64,000 bases of DNA from Vicugna vicugna. Lineage: Eukaryota. The position numbers and the translations under genes are program-made. Below the pieces are notes generated by a model that worked only from the letters and a program-made list of their open reading frames with translations, was not told where the DNA came from and searched no databases. The stretch lies in NCBI GenBank assembly GCA_013265495.1, contig MU058451.1, positions 1,196,584-1,260,583 of the forward strand, in the 5' to 3' direction. Of this stretch, positions 49,493 to 61,589 are shown piece by piece; the first letter of the stretch is position 1; each line of letters begins with the position of its first letter.

Positions 49493-51038
49493 TAAAACAT
49501 AAAGAAATCTGAAAAATATCTAGAAGGTCCCTAGACAGGTATTCTAAACATTCCAAAACTTTCCTGTGATTTTTCTTCTTTACTAACTTTGCCAACACCA
49601 ATTTTGAGCCCCTGTTGAGAGATAACTTGTCTTTATACTGCAATTTTAAAGCACAAGAAGCTGTGGAATACACTGTCACGTGTGTGATTTAATAAATAGC
49701 ACCCCAACCTCTCAGGTTCAATGACTGTCAGGGAAAAAAAAGAAAATACGATGGCGTTTGTGGACATACCCTATGGAGATTTTTCAAAGTACGTTTTTAT
49801 GTACAAAGTACCAGGCCTTATGGAAAAAACCATGAGACAACCTTCCTATACCTCAGAAGGAATGCCTCCGATGTCTACGCCACATAATTAAATACTCTGT
49901 ATGGAGACGAGGGAGGATAAAAGTAGCTTATAAGGATAACTTAAAATTGACTCTGAAGAGAGTCTGGTTAGTGTCACCTCAAATGTATTTCTGACTACAA
50001 AAATTCCTAAAACTAAAAACATCACCTATATCTAGATATAGAACAAAGAATTCTTTGAGAAAAACAGAGCGGCATGTCAGCTACGTCATTTGTCAGCATT
50101 TCACAGTGCATCAAATGCCATGTTAATTCAACCACATTTCAAATAGATTCCCTTTTCTTAAAAAAAAAACTCACAATTGTGTAATATCCATTATAGAAAA
50201 TTTGGTCAATGTAAAAGGCACAATGACGAAAATGCAAATTGCCCATAGTACACCTGTATGTTTCAATATTTAACACAGATTTAGAGACGCAATGCCCATA
50301 AATCCAAGGCAAGATTCCCACCGGCAGGAAGCTCTGGACCATGGGCATTGTGGGGACGTTTATGTTCCCACAGATCTGGGAGCATCTTCGGGATTGCACT
50401 GAATGCTGTCCATGTTTGTGCCGCTCTTCCCAGGGCAAATGGTTTGTTACCTGTGACTACTGTAAGTTAGCCACTCGTTTCCAGATGTCTTGTTAAATGG
50501 CTGTGTTTCCCAGCCACGTTCTCCCCGAAGGCTCTAGGCAGGCAGGAGAGTGAGAGAACAGAAGAGGAAAACCCACTTCATTTTGAAAGTCTGGTCCCTT
50601 CTGTTTTACGTGCATGGTAAGACCACGCCAGGATGGCAGTCTATAGTTTAAGAGATCTGACCATTTGTCCTCTTTTCAAGGAGGCTGGATTTGATAGAGA
50701 AGAGAAAGAAGGTAAGGAAACACCACCGAGGGGCAGCAGGGAACAGAATTCTCTTCCGGGTGGTCAGAGGGAGTTTTAGCAACGGGGACCACAGTCCTTT
50801 CCACAGCTGGTGTTTTGGTTTCACTGGGGAGGGAGGGGTTTGTGTTGCTTCCAGTCCCAACAAGGCCACACTGCTTAACAGAGGTGAAGGCTTAATGTCA
50901 GAAACACCAGCAAAAGAAGAGAAACTTTCCTACAGCAATTCACTGTGAACACATTTTTAGTTTTTCCCTTTTTCTTTTGGACAAAATAGCCAACAGTGCG
51001 ACCACTAGAATCAACCAAAATTCTCAAAACCGGTCAAC

Positions 51039-51049
51039 TGCTGAGTCAC
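51039..51049. promoter_or_regulatory. Consensus NRF2-sMAF ARE / AP-1 site
   Basis: TGCTGAGTCAC, the reverse complement of GTGACTCAGCA and the same 11-mer as 17877-17887. Confidence 0.4.
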
Positions 51050-52099
51050 TCCTGAGTTCAACTACCCCTCAACGATGGATTAATTCCCCTCGTCTGAATC
51101 TGCATGCTCCCCCCCAGCCTGATCACCACACACTTTTGAAAGTGCTCTGAGCTGGAGGTGAACCCCTTTCCACTGGAATGAGAATGTGGAAAATAAGAAT
51201 CTGCTGTGTATCTATCTGTTGAATTTCCCATCACATATCGAAGAATTCCATGTGACTTGTGGAAGGATATGATAATACACTGCCCTTTTCACCTTCCTGC
51301 TCAGAAAATTTTTTTCTATTGTGGAACACTACTGTAATTTTACGAAGCTCCTCAGGAGAAAAGGAGACTCATTTTAAGAAATAGGGAAAAAAAATCTCCA
51401 GGGAAGAGAATGCAGCGGAAGACCACGAGGAAATGTGATATTTCCAGGAATCGAGAAACGTAACTTTTGCATTTGATGTATCACTGAGATTGGAGGCCCA
51501 TCTTCAGTTTCAAACCTGCTGGGTAACTCTTTCTATCATTAGCCAATAAAAGTCTCCTTGGTTACATTTTTGTGGCACATTCCCAGGGTTATAGAGTTTC
51601 TCTTTGAGTTTTTTCCCAAGGCTTAAGGAAGGAAGGAGTTAATGCTCTTGGTCATCAGCAAAAGAGTTACAGGCAGAGGGAAAATACATGATTGAAGAAC
51701 TCAACACTTAATTTCACATAGAGGTATTAAAAGAAAGATCCCTTGAGCTAGCAGACCATGGGACAATGGATCAGCAGTTTTAGAATCTATTTCTGACTCT
51801 GCCATTCACTCAGGATACTGGGAAAGTCCTATGTTTCTGTTTTACAAAAATGTATTGCACCACCATGGCAATCCTTCTTGATAAAAAGGATGCTTATTGA
51901 TCACCCAGAATCTGGGGACTTTTCACCAGAGCAGGAAGTAAACTGATCTTCATCTTCAAACAAAGGAGAATATAATATAAATTCAAACAGTCATCAAAAA
52001 CCATTAGCAAAGACATATACAGGAATGAAGGAATAGGATCTGATGGAAATCTTCATTTCAGGGCTCCTGTAACGGTTTTATTTTCCCCATGAGTTAGAT

Positions 52100-52280
52100 G
52101 GGGGCTAACATTTATGGAACATCATTTCCATGTGCCTGAAATGTAACGTGCTTTGTTTGCTTTAAAACCTATGGTAGGTAGTATGTCCGTTTTACAAATG
52201 ACAGAGCTGAGTGTGGATTTGCTCAGAAAGCTTATTAAAGCCCCCTGTCTGGGTGGCTCTCAAGCCTGTACTTAATGCCT
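52100..52280 (-). mobile_element. MIR
   Basis: 'gctaacatttatggaaca..aacctatggtaggta..tccgttttacaaatgacagagctgag'. Confidence 0.6.
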
Positions 52281-53825
52281 TTTAATTCATGGACCTAAAA
52301 GTATCTCTCATAGGTGAGTGTTACTGCCAACCAGTTGGCTGCTTTCCTGTTCTCCCCTTCCTAATTCGAGTTTCTCTCTTAAATTCCAGAGCTAGATCTA
52401 GAAATACAGGGATTCCCAGAACTCCCTGAGATTCAACTGTGCATGGCTTACGTGATCAAATAGTCTAATGAATATGAAACCTCTTAAGGGAAGGGAGGCT
52501 CTTTGGCTCTGTTCCTTAGCAGAAGTGATTCAGACTGGGGACAGCTCAGGACCTGGGTTTTCTTGCCCTTTCTGTGCCTGTGGGAATGCTTCCCCAAGCG
52601 CGTGTTCTGTGAGTGAGAGGCCTTATCTCTTCTGTCTCTGCTCCTTTTTCTTATGTAGTTGGTAGCAGGGTTTACTATTACCTGTGCCAAAGTTCCACGT
52701 GGGCCCAGCAGGACTCTGTCAAACCATGTGCTCCCACAGCTTCTCGGACAGACTGCCATTCTGCCTCTTGAGTACAAGGCGGCCCTGCAACCTTCACACA
52801 CAAGCCCTAGCTCTGCTCCAGGAACAAATACAATTTGGGGAGAAATTCGGAACACTGTGCCAGTCAGCTTCCAACCAGAGAAGCAGGACCAGTAGGCAAT
52901 GACATATAAGACGTTAATCACAAGGCTTCGGCTTAGAGGACGTGAAGGCCAGCTCATGAAGTCTGAAAATGCACAGGACAGGCTGTCAGCAAGGGCAGGC
53001 TGAAACTCTCCGCACAGGCTGAGGCCGCCGTCCGAAGGTGGAATTTCTTCCTCATCACCTCTGCTTTCCTACGGCCTTTCAGCCGCTGAATCAGGCCTGC
53101 CTGGAATATCTCAGCTGCTCTCTCTTACTTAGAGTCAACTCGTTATGGGTTTTAGTCACATCAGCAAAACGCCTCACTGCAACCCCTAGAGCAGTGTTTG
53201 ACTGTGCAACTGGAGGTCACAGCCCAGCCAAGTTGCCCCATCAAAAGGCCATCACAAACCCGGAGTAGTGGGTTGTATCAAGTTTTCAAAAGCCAAAGGA
53301 TGGCAGGAAAGTCTGAAGCAGGTGAGAGGGTTGCAGTGATGGAAGGGAGGAGGAGGGGAGGGGCAGAGGGAGGAATAAGTCTCATGTCGGAACTGCCTGG
53401 ATCAGGCCCAGAGAGCTCCCAGAGCCAGGTGGGCAGGGCCCCTTCACTGGGTAGTTGGCCTCTCATTCAGCTCCCATCAGATCCCCACCTCTAACCCCAT
53501 ATTTACATATCACAGTGACACTTGATATTCATAAGAGATTTATAACTATCAAATAATTCTGGCTCTCTGGTGACAAGATAGGAAATTAGGAGAGTCTGCT
53601 TAAAGTTTTATACAAGGCAAACAACAGCAGAGGATATGTCTGTTCTACAAAGTAGACACTGAATCTAAAAGTGATGTATGACTGTAAATAAAACCAAAAA
53701 AATGTGCAAAAATACTAGTGGAGAAATCCAGAAGAAAAATTCTAGATCTTATTGACCGCCCCCCCCCAATATTTTTTCTTGAGCATCTTTTCTATTGCAT
53801 TTCAAAATGCTTAGCCTGGCATTCA

Positions 53826-55522
53826 AATAAACTCAGAATGGATTAAAGACTTAAATGTAACACCTGAAACCTCAAAACTTCTTGAAGAAAACATAGGCAG
53901 TAAACTTTTTGAAATCACTGTCAGTAATACTTTTTGGGTATGTCCTCTCAGGCAAGGAAAATAAAAGAGAAATAAATAAATGGGACTACATCAAACTAAA
54001 AAGCTTTTGCACAGGAAACTATATGTTTTGATAGGAAACTATCAACAAAACATAAAGGCCACCTACTGAATGTGAGAATATATTTGCAAGAGATATGTCT
54101 GATAAGGTATTAATGTCCAAAATATACAAAGAACTCACACAATTCAACATCAAAAAACAAAAAAACAACTTGATTTAAAAATGGGCAGAAGATCTGAATA
54201 AACATTTTTCCAAAGAAGACATACAGATGGTCTACAGACTCATAAAAAGATGCTCAGCATCACAAGTCATTAGGGAAATGCAAATCAAAGCTACAGTAAG
54301 ATATCACCTCACACTGTCAGAATGACTATTATCAAAAAACAACAAATAACAAGTGTTGACCAGGATGTGGTGAAAAGGTAACCCTTGTGCACTGTTGGTG
54401 GGGATGTAAACTAGTGCAACCACTATGGAAAATAGTATGGAGATGCCTCAAAAAAATAAAAATGAACTACCATATGGCCCAGCAATTCCACTCTGGGGTA
54501 TTTATCTGAAGAAAACAAAAACACGAATTAGAAAAGTTATACACACCCCTGTGTTCATTGTTAGCATTATTTACTATAGCTGTCATATGAAGGCAACCTA
54601 GATGCCCATCAATAGATGATTGGATAAAGAATATGTGATAAGTGTATTTCTATGACAGAATATTACTCAGCCATCAAAAAGAATGAAATCTTACTATTTG
54701 GGACAACATGGATGGGCCTAGAGGGTAATTACAGTAAGGGAAGTGATTCAGACAAAGAAAGACAAATACTATATGATTTCACTTACATGTGAATCTAAAA
54801 AAATAAAACAAAACAAATGAACAAACATAACAAAACAGAATTACAGATACAGAGAACAAAGAGGTGGTTGCCAGAGTAGACTCAGTGTGAGAGGGGAAAG
54901 AAATAGTGAGGGAGATTACAAGGTACAAACTTCCAGTTGCAAAATAAATGAATCCAAAGTATGAAATGTAGAGTATGGGGAATACAGTCAATAACTATGT
55001 CATGTCTTTGTATCTAACTAGACTTATCCTGGTGATCATTGGAAATGCATAGAAATCTTGAATTACCCTGTTGTGTAACAGGAACCAACATAGTGCTGTA
55101 GGTCAATTACATTTCAAAATCAATCAAACAGACTCATAGAAAGAGACCAGATTTGTGGTTACCAGAGGTGGGCAAGGGTGGGAGCAGGAACTGGATGAAA
55201 TTGGTTGAAAAAGTACAAACGTTTAGTTATAAGACAAATAAGTACCAGGGATTTAATGTACAACATGATAAAAATAATGAACACTGCAGTATGTTATGTA
55301 TGAAAGTTTTCAGGAGGGTGAATCCTAAGAGTTCTCATCACAAGTATAAAATTTTTCTATTTCTCCCATTTTGTTTCTATATGAGATGATGGATATTCGC
55401 TAAACATATTATGATACTCAATTCATGATGTATTTAAGTCAAATCATTATGCTGTAAACCTTAAACTTATATAGTGCTGTATGTCAATTATGTCTCAAGA
55501 CAACTAGAAGAAAAAAATAAAT
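53826..55522 (+). mobile_element. 5'-truncated L1 (L1MA9-like) with two tandem 3'UTR modules
   Basis: ORF2-end motifs 'aatggattaaagacttaaatgtaa', 'aaatgggactacatcaaactaaaaagcttttgcaca', 'ccagcaattccactctggggtat'. The 3'UTR module ('gtggttgccaga..gtacaaacttccagtt') recurs at about 54840-55115 and 55125-55520. Confidence 0.9.
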
Positions 55523-58289
55523 ATAGGGTTGGAGGTAAAGAGAAAGAGGGGGAAAAGGGAATAAAAAAGGTTAATCTTCTCTGATTGTATCACCAATTAG
55601 CTCTTGAGGATATGACATGAATTTTGAGGGAGCCATGCATCTCAGATGCGAGTACAGATGGACAGTCAGATCTACGACATGATTAGCACTTTATTGTTTC
55701 TTAATTTTATAACTTTCATAGTTACACAAATGATTTCATAATATTGTGACCCTTTCCTAAGTGTAGATTGTTAAAATCTGGAATACAACAAAAATAGAAA
55801 AATTGTGGGAACACCACAGATGGAATGAAATTTCTGTAAGATAACAATAACTATCTTATAAATCATGAATCTTAGGGTAGGGAGAAGGAATAATAAGGAC
55901 CATTTCAACAAATAATGTTCTTGAAGTTTGTCAGATTTGTTCTGATGTCATTTTTAAATAGTTACTGCCAAAACCTTATCTTATAACGTCCACACCCAGT
56001 TCTCAGTGAAAACACATCCTGAAGATATTTCAGTTTGTATGGTTAAAAATAAAATAAACAGAAAACCACTGGAAATCCAAAAATTACAAATGCTCAAAAA
56101 CAGGGGCAATCAGCTTTTATAATACTTGCTCTAAATATGTTCTCAGATATATTTTCAGAAATGCAGGTAGAGTTGTCTTCATGTAGAAGCGTCAGTGAAC
56201 TCTGCTCAGAACATCTCTACCTTTTCCTGGATGCCCAGTCACACTGCCTGTGCTGAGGCCAAATGCATTATCTTCTTCCCTCTTGAGCTATTTGGGTATT
56301 CAGTTTATGCTTAAAAACTTTTGCATGCTTAACATTAACATGCTGATGCTGAGGACTTGGTCCTGCCTTCATTCTATCGACTTATTTTCTAGCAATCAAT
56401 TTGAACTGAAATTGAGTTCACAAGCCTAAGAGATGGGACTTTTTGTCACCTCATATGTCTAACTATGAAAGTCGTGAAGTTAAGAAACAATAAAGTGCTA
56501 TGAGTCTTCTTGCTCAATGACAGAGAGGTTAAGGCAGGGATTATAGAAGCATTGTTTGGCGGAGGGTCCCTCTTTCTATCCATCCCTTTTTTATTTTGCA
56601 TCCAAACATGAAGACTTACTAAATTAATTCACATGGAATTAAATCACAAATGATGAAATGCTAGGCTACCCCAAGCAAGGGGAGGAAGGAGAGAAGGATA
56701 GATGTCTTTGGAGGATGGAGGCCCCTTTTTGTACCCACATTGGAAGCTGTCCCCTTTCTTTTTAGATCAAATCTGCCATCAGTAGCATATACATCCTCCT
56801 ACTTACTCAGATTCTTCAAGTTGAAGCTGTTGCCTCTTTAGACTCTTGCCTGACCACCTAGAGTGATCTTTCTCTTTTTGGAATTGTTGTAGTATGTGTG
56901 GTCTGAAAACAGTCCAGCTCCTGATTTCACACAGACTCGTATGGCTCCCTAGCAATTTTGTATGCTCTCATCTCGTTAGGTAGACTGAGATCATGTCTCT
57001 TCTTTCTTTCGCACCTCTGAGCACAGCTGGCGCTGAAGACGCTTGTCCACGTTTCATCCTTTCCCTTTTTCATACTCCACCCGCATCTGCTCTCCTGGCC
57101 ACCTCTGATCCTACGCCTTTTGTTTCTAACTCCTTTTTCTGTCAATATATCACTTTTCTGTGTCTCTTTTCTTTTGAGCCCTATTATCTGCTCTCTAAGA
57201 GGTTGGTTAATATCTAATTATTTAATTCTATAAAACATGGCTTCATCCATACAAAATTGCCACTTTTTGACCTACCAAAGCAACTACTTTACATGGTTTA
57301 ACCTAATAGATGAAGTCTTATTATCTCTCACACATGATATCTGGTGAAAAAAAGTTATATTCCAGAGGAATGAATTCATCACAATTCTAATTTAGCCTTA
57401 GCAGTTTAGCAGGGGAAATATTTGGGGCATTAAAATGCCCTGACAACATTTCTCAATACTACCTGTTAGACAGCTAATCTGCATGCAGAAGTTCAGGCCC
57501 CCGTCCTTCCTGGAAACACACCATCAGGATAGTTAGTATCTGTTGACTTCTTTCTTCCTTCAGCGCCCTTCATGTTAACAATATAGGCTAGAAATTGCCT
57601 ATAGGCGCCAAGATGAATGGAAAGTGAATAGATGAAAGCTTACTTTTGCTACCAAATATCTTTCATGTACATACAGTTCAAATTAACAGATGGAATAAGA
57701 TTGTAGGCAACACATAGAACGTTGGAGAACAAGGTACTTTCAAGAGATTTCAAGTTCATCAGATAACCATTTACAAACATTTGCTGTGTCATTTATAATG
57801 ACTCCTCTCTTTGGGGCCTGGAATAACCAATTTGTATGAATTTTCCCATCTGTACACTAAGAAGGTTGTGTACAGGGGCTTTCAAATTTTATCTTCTGCA
57901 GAAGCCATTTTGTAACGATTTCTAGGCAATGATACTTTAAACCCTTGAAAGTAAAACTAGAAGTCATTAAAATCACATAATGCCCATATCCTATAATGGA
58001 CTTTGCATTAAATCTCAATTCTTACCTTCCTTGGTCTGAATTATTGAGGGTTTATTCTATTTTATTGGAGTGAATTCCATTAGTGTTTGCAACAAAGCAG
58101 ATTCCTATTTTTATTGGCTTGTTACAGTTTGGGATTTTTGAAAAGAATTTGTTCATATTTTAGAGAGCTAGATGGCCAAAAAAATTGAAAATGGCTAAAG
58201 AAGACAATTCAGGAAGACAGCTTTAGAACTCTTATGGAGGCTGTTTCCAACTTTCAGGCACTGTATTTGTTCTACTATAGGGGCACTCT

Positions 58290-58625
58290 TATTTTGCCTT
58301 TGCCTCAATTATCTGTATGTTGTGTCTCCTATCAGACTACTAGCTTCCTGAGGAGAGAGACTGCATATTACTCACTGTGGACAGCTGAAGAGTCTAGCAC
58401 AATATTTTGCACATCTTAGGTGCCCATTAATATTAACTGAATTCCCCTTAATTATAACATTGTAGAATTTCGGAGCGAGAGGAGAACCTCTGAGATCATC
58501 ACAAACATTTTGCAACTAGGAAAGCTGAGGCCCAGAGGAGTTAAGTCACTGGTGCAGTGTTACACAAATGTTATGATCACGAAGAACGATAACTGTGTGA
58601 GAGCCCCTGGGATCCAGCCCTGTTT
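58290..58625. mobile_element. L2 3' end (+, about 58290-58440) followed by MIR (-, about 58460-58625)
   Basis: 'agactactagcttcctgaggagagagactg..tctagcacaat..taggtgcccattaatat'; 'ggaaagctgaggcccagaggagttaagtcact'. Confidence 0.6.
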
Positions 58626-59305
58626 GCTGGGTTTCAGAAATAAGGGAGGCCCTGCCAAATCTTCCCCGTTCTTGGTGGCCCAAACTAATGCGGTCACATT
58701 TGCAAGTGCAAGAAAACCCTTTTTTTTTTCTTTTTTGGTGGCTTGATTCATGATGTAGCATTAACCTGCTTTCCTGTTGTTATAGTCACTCCTTCCCCCA
58801 GTAAAGACTCTGTATTGTGTTGCATCCACATGTGCCATGGAGGAAGCAATGTTTCCGTAAGAGATGGATGGTCTCTGAAAATAAAGTTTGTTGATAAGCA
58901 TAGGATGTTGCAATAGACCAAATCCAACAGACCTTTAAGTGAGTGTTGGTATAACCTCCCCAGACCCCAGACCCACATTTCATGCCACGACCACACGTCA
59001 CCAAGCTCCACCAGCCTAGCAGGTCGAAGCAGAAGAGATTCTTTAAGACCAGTCCCCTATGGTTTTGAAATTATATTGCTTGCTGTTTCCTGCTATAAAA
59101 TACTGTGAGCTAAAATATTTTCAGATGTGAGCTTTCATAACAGCTTCCCTTCATCTTACTGCAAGAGTAATATAAGTTGATTACAGAAAAAAAGAAAATG
59201 TAGATAAGAGGGGAAAAAAACAAAATAAAAATTGACTGGAATCCTACCACACTGAGACACTGCGATAACTACAGGTAACGTTTTCATGCTTATGTGCACA
59301 CAGAA

Positions 59306-59759
59306 TGATGTCTATTACATATTTTTCATGTAATATTTAGTATCTTTCCTTTACATTTTAATATAAATCTTTGTTAGTGTCCACACTATTTTCCAGTGAA
59401 TTGATGTACTCTATCAAATTTCTTCCTGTTGCATGTATAGATTATTTCCAATCTTTCCATATTTAATGATAATCTAAGCATATTTAGTAAGCACCAAAGT
59501 CATTATTTTTTTCTGCCTTTACTTGTAGTGATGTCTATTACATATTTTTCATGTAATATTAAGTATCTTTCCTTGATAATACATTTTAATATAAATCTTT
59601 GTTAGTGTCCACATTATTTTCCAGTGAATTGATGTACTCTAGTTTATCAAATTTCTTCCTGTTGCATGTATAGATTATTTCCAATCTTTCCATATTTAAT
59701 GATAATCTAAGCATATTTAGTAAGCACCAAAGTCATTATTTTTTTCTGCCTTTACTTGT
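59306..59759. repeat. Tandem duplication of about 225 bp (221 bp + AG + 231 bp)
   Basis: Copy 1 at 59306-59526, copy 2 at 59529-59759; they differ by two substitutions and two 5-nt indels. Confidence 0.95.
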
Positions 59760-60202
59760 TCATGTTTTAGTATTTTAAAACACTGACAAAATCACTGTTA
59801 AAATCTGCAGTGTAGTACCATTTTTATGAGTTAGTATATAGCTGGAGATTCTGCTGAAATGATCTTCATAGGAAAGATCACCTACGAACAGGCACAATTT
59901 GTTTCCGGTAATCCAAGCTAGCTCATGCTGACTGGGAAACAGAAAAAAAAAAAATGATGTCGATATACTGAGAATTTTCATATGAAATTTATACATGGGC
60001 TTTTCCCCAGCATGGTAATGTTTTACATCATCAAATAATGGCAGTTAAATGCAAATTACATGAGCGCCACTGACTGCGAGCTGCAGGGGTATTCAGTACG
60101 GTGCTACGTCCTTGTACCCCCAACCTCCCCATTAACTTGGTTTTGGTTACATGCTCTGTCTTTGAAGTCCTTGCTGTGATGTCCTTCTGACACGTGGGCA
60201 TT

Positions 60203-60278
60203 TCATCCTGGCTTTCATGACTCAGTAACCTCAACCTTTCCTATCATCCTGGCTGACTCAGTAACCTCAACCTTTCCT
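60203..60278. repeat. 40/35-bp tandem duplication containing an AP-1 site
   Basis: tcatcctggc[tttca]tgactcagtaacctcaacctttcct at 60203-60242, and without the bracketed 5 nt at 60244-60278. Confidence 0.93.
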
Positions 60279-61589
60279 TATTTCTTTATCCATGAAGATG
60301 AATTCACCACTAAAAAAAAAATCAACATCTTTTAACTTTGTCATTAACTTAATTAGATTATTTTCTTTGTTGATGCTCTGATTACAAAGTTGCATAGGTT
60401 TTGAGTGATCTATATCTAATTTTCTTTTCTCTATTAGCCTTGTTATGTTTTAGTACAATTTTGCAGGATGTGGAGTTATTCAGAAATGCATATATTGCAT
60501 TGCAGCCAAAACCTTTATCCCATGCTAAGGCTTCTGAGCAAAGATAGCAGAATAAAATCAAATCATTAATAATTCCTCTCCTGATACCTCACAAAATGAC
60601 CCTCCTTTTCCCCCAACCAAAAAGAGGAAAAAAAAAAAAAACAATAGCAAGCTGATAAGGAAATGGATAAAATTCCATGATATAAACTTTAGAAAAAAAC
60701 AGAATATTTGTGTGTGGTTTCCAATCATCATCCCTGTGTTTCCAAAAACACGGTATCAAGGAAAGAAAGCAAAACAAGAAAATCCAAAGGACTCTTTTTT
60801 ACATGCCCTGGTGTAAAAGATTGTATCCTAAAAGGATGAGTATGCAGTTTTAGAAAATTAGAGGAAAAATTCTTCAGAGTAGGAAGCCCTAGCTAACTAC
60901 CATCATCAGGCTAGAGATGCAAAAAAATTCTATGCTCAGTCATTTTTAGGAGCCCACGCCCTAAACTTAAAGATCCAAAGCAGGAGTGTGCATCCAGGGA
61001 ATAAAATACACCTTGACTGGGGCTGGGGTCGGAGTCGGACTGAGTCTGGTACAGGACAGTTAACAAAATCAGGGGGAAGAACAGAGCTTTGGTTGTCTAA
61101 CAAATGCTGTTCAGTTTACAAAAAATAGGTAATACCATAATCTTCCAGCTCACCAGTGGTCACTTGGAGTGGGAGATAAACAGGAATCAGCTAAAAGAGA
61201 GTGGTGTGCTAAAAAATTTTCAACCTCTATCACACTTTTTGGAAGTCCTGGATTGAAAGGTCAAGTTGAAATATGAAGAGGATTAGAAACAGTATGATAA
61301 GTATGCAAATATTTTGCCTCTCTTTCTCTCTCTCTCCAAAAAGAAGAAAAATACGTGTGACAAGATCTCTAATTTAATTGTGTACAACTGAGTTGTGTAA
61401 GGAAACTTTATTTTCTCTAGAACTGCTCTGATCTTCCTCACAAGCATACACCTCAGTGGGTAGCAGGGGAGACGTCAGCAGAGTGTCCTGATACAGTCAT
61501 CAAAATAGACCCCTAGGTAAATACTCGGTCTCTGCGTTGCAGCTGCCACATGTCTTAGATCTACACTCATTGAGAACTCCACCAGGCAG

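Larger units (their letters stand above)
59150..60440 (-). mobile_element. Old L1ME-like 3' end, degraded
   Basis: 'gaaaatgtagataag..aatcctaccacactgaga', 'tagattatttccaatcttt', 'ggagattctgctga..ggaaagatcacc'. Confidence 0.5.

Noticed and set aside
52468..53494. Cluster of overlapping ORFs (up to 157 aa)
   Set aside because: No recognisable domain and no consistent splice signals; such ORFs are expected in locally GC-richer DNA.
54840..55522. Doubled L1 3'UTR as a novel chimera
   Set aside because: As I recall, this tandem 3' structure is a normal feature of some cetartiodactyl L1 subfamilies. Not verified, but not safe to call novel.
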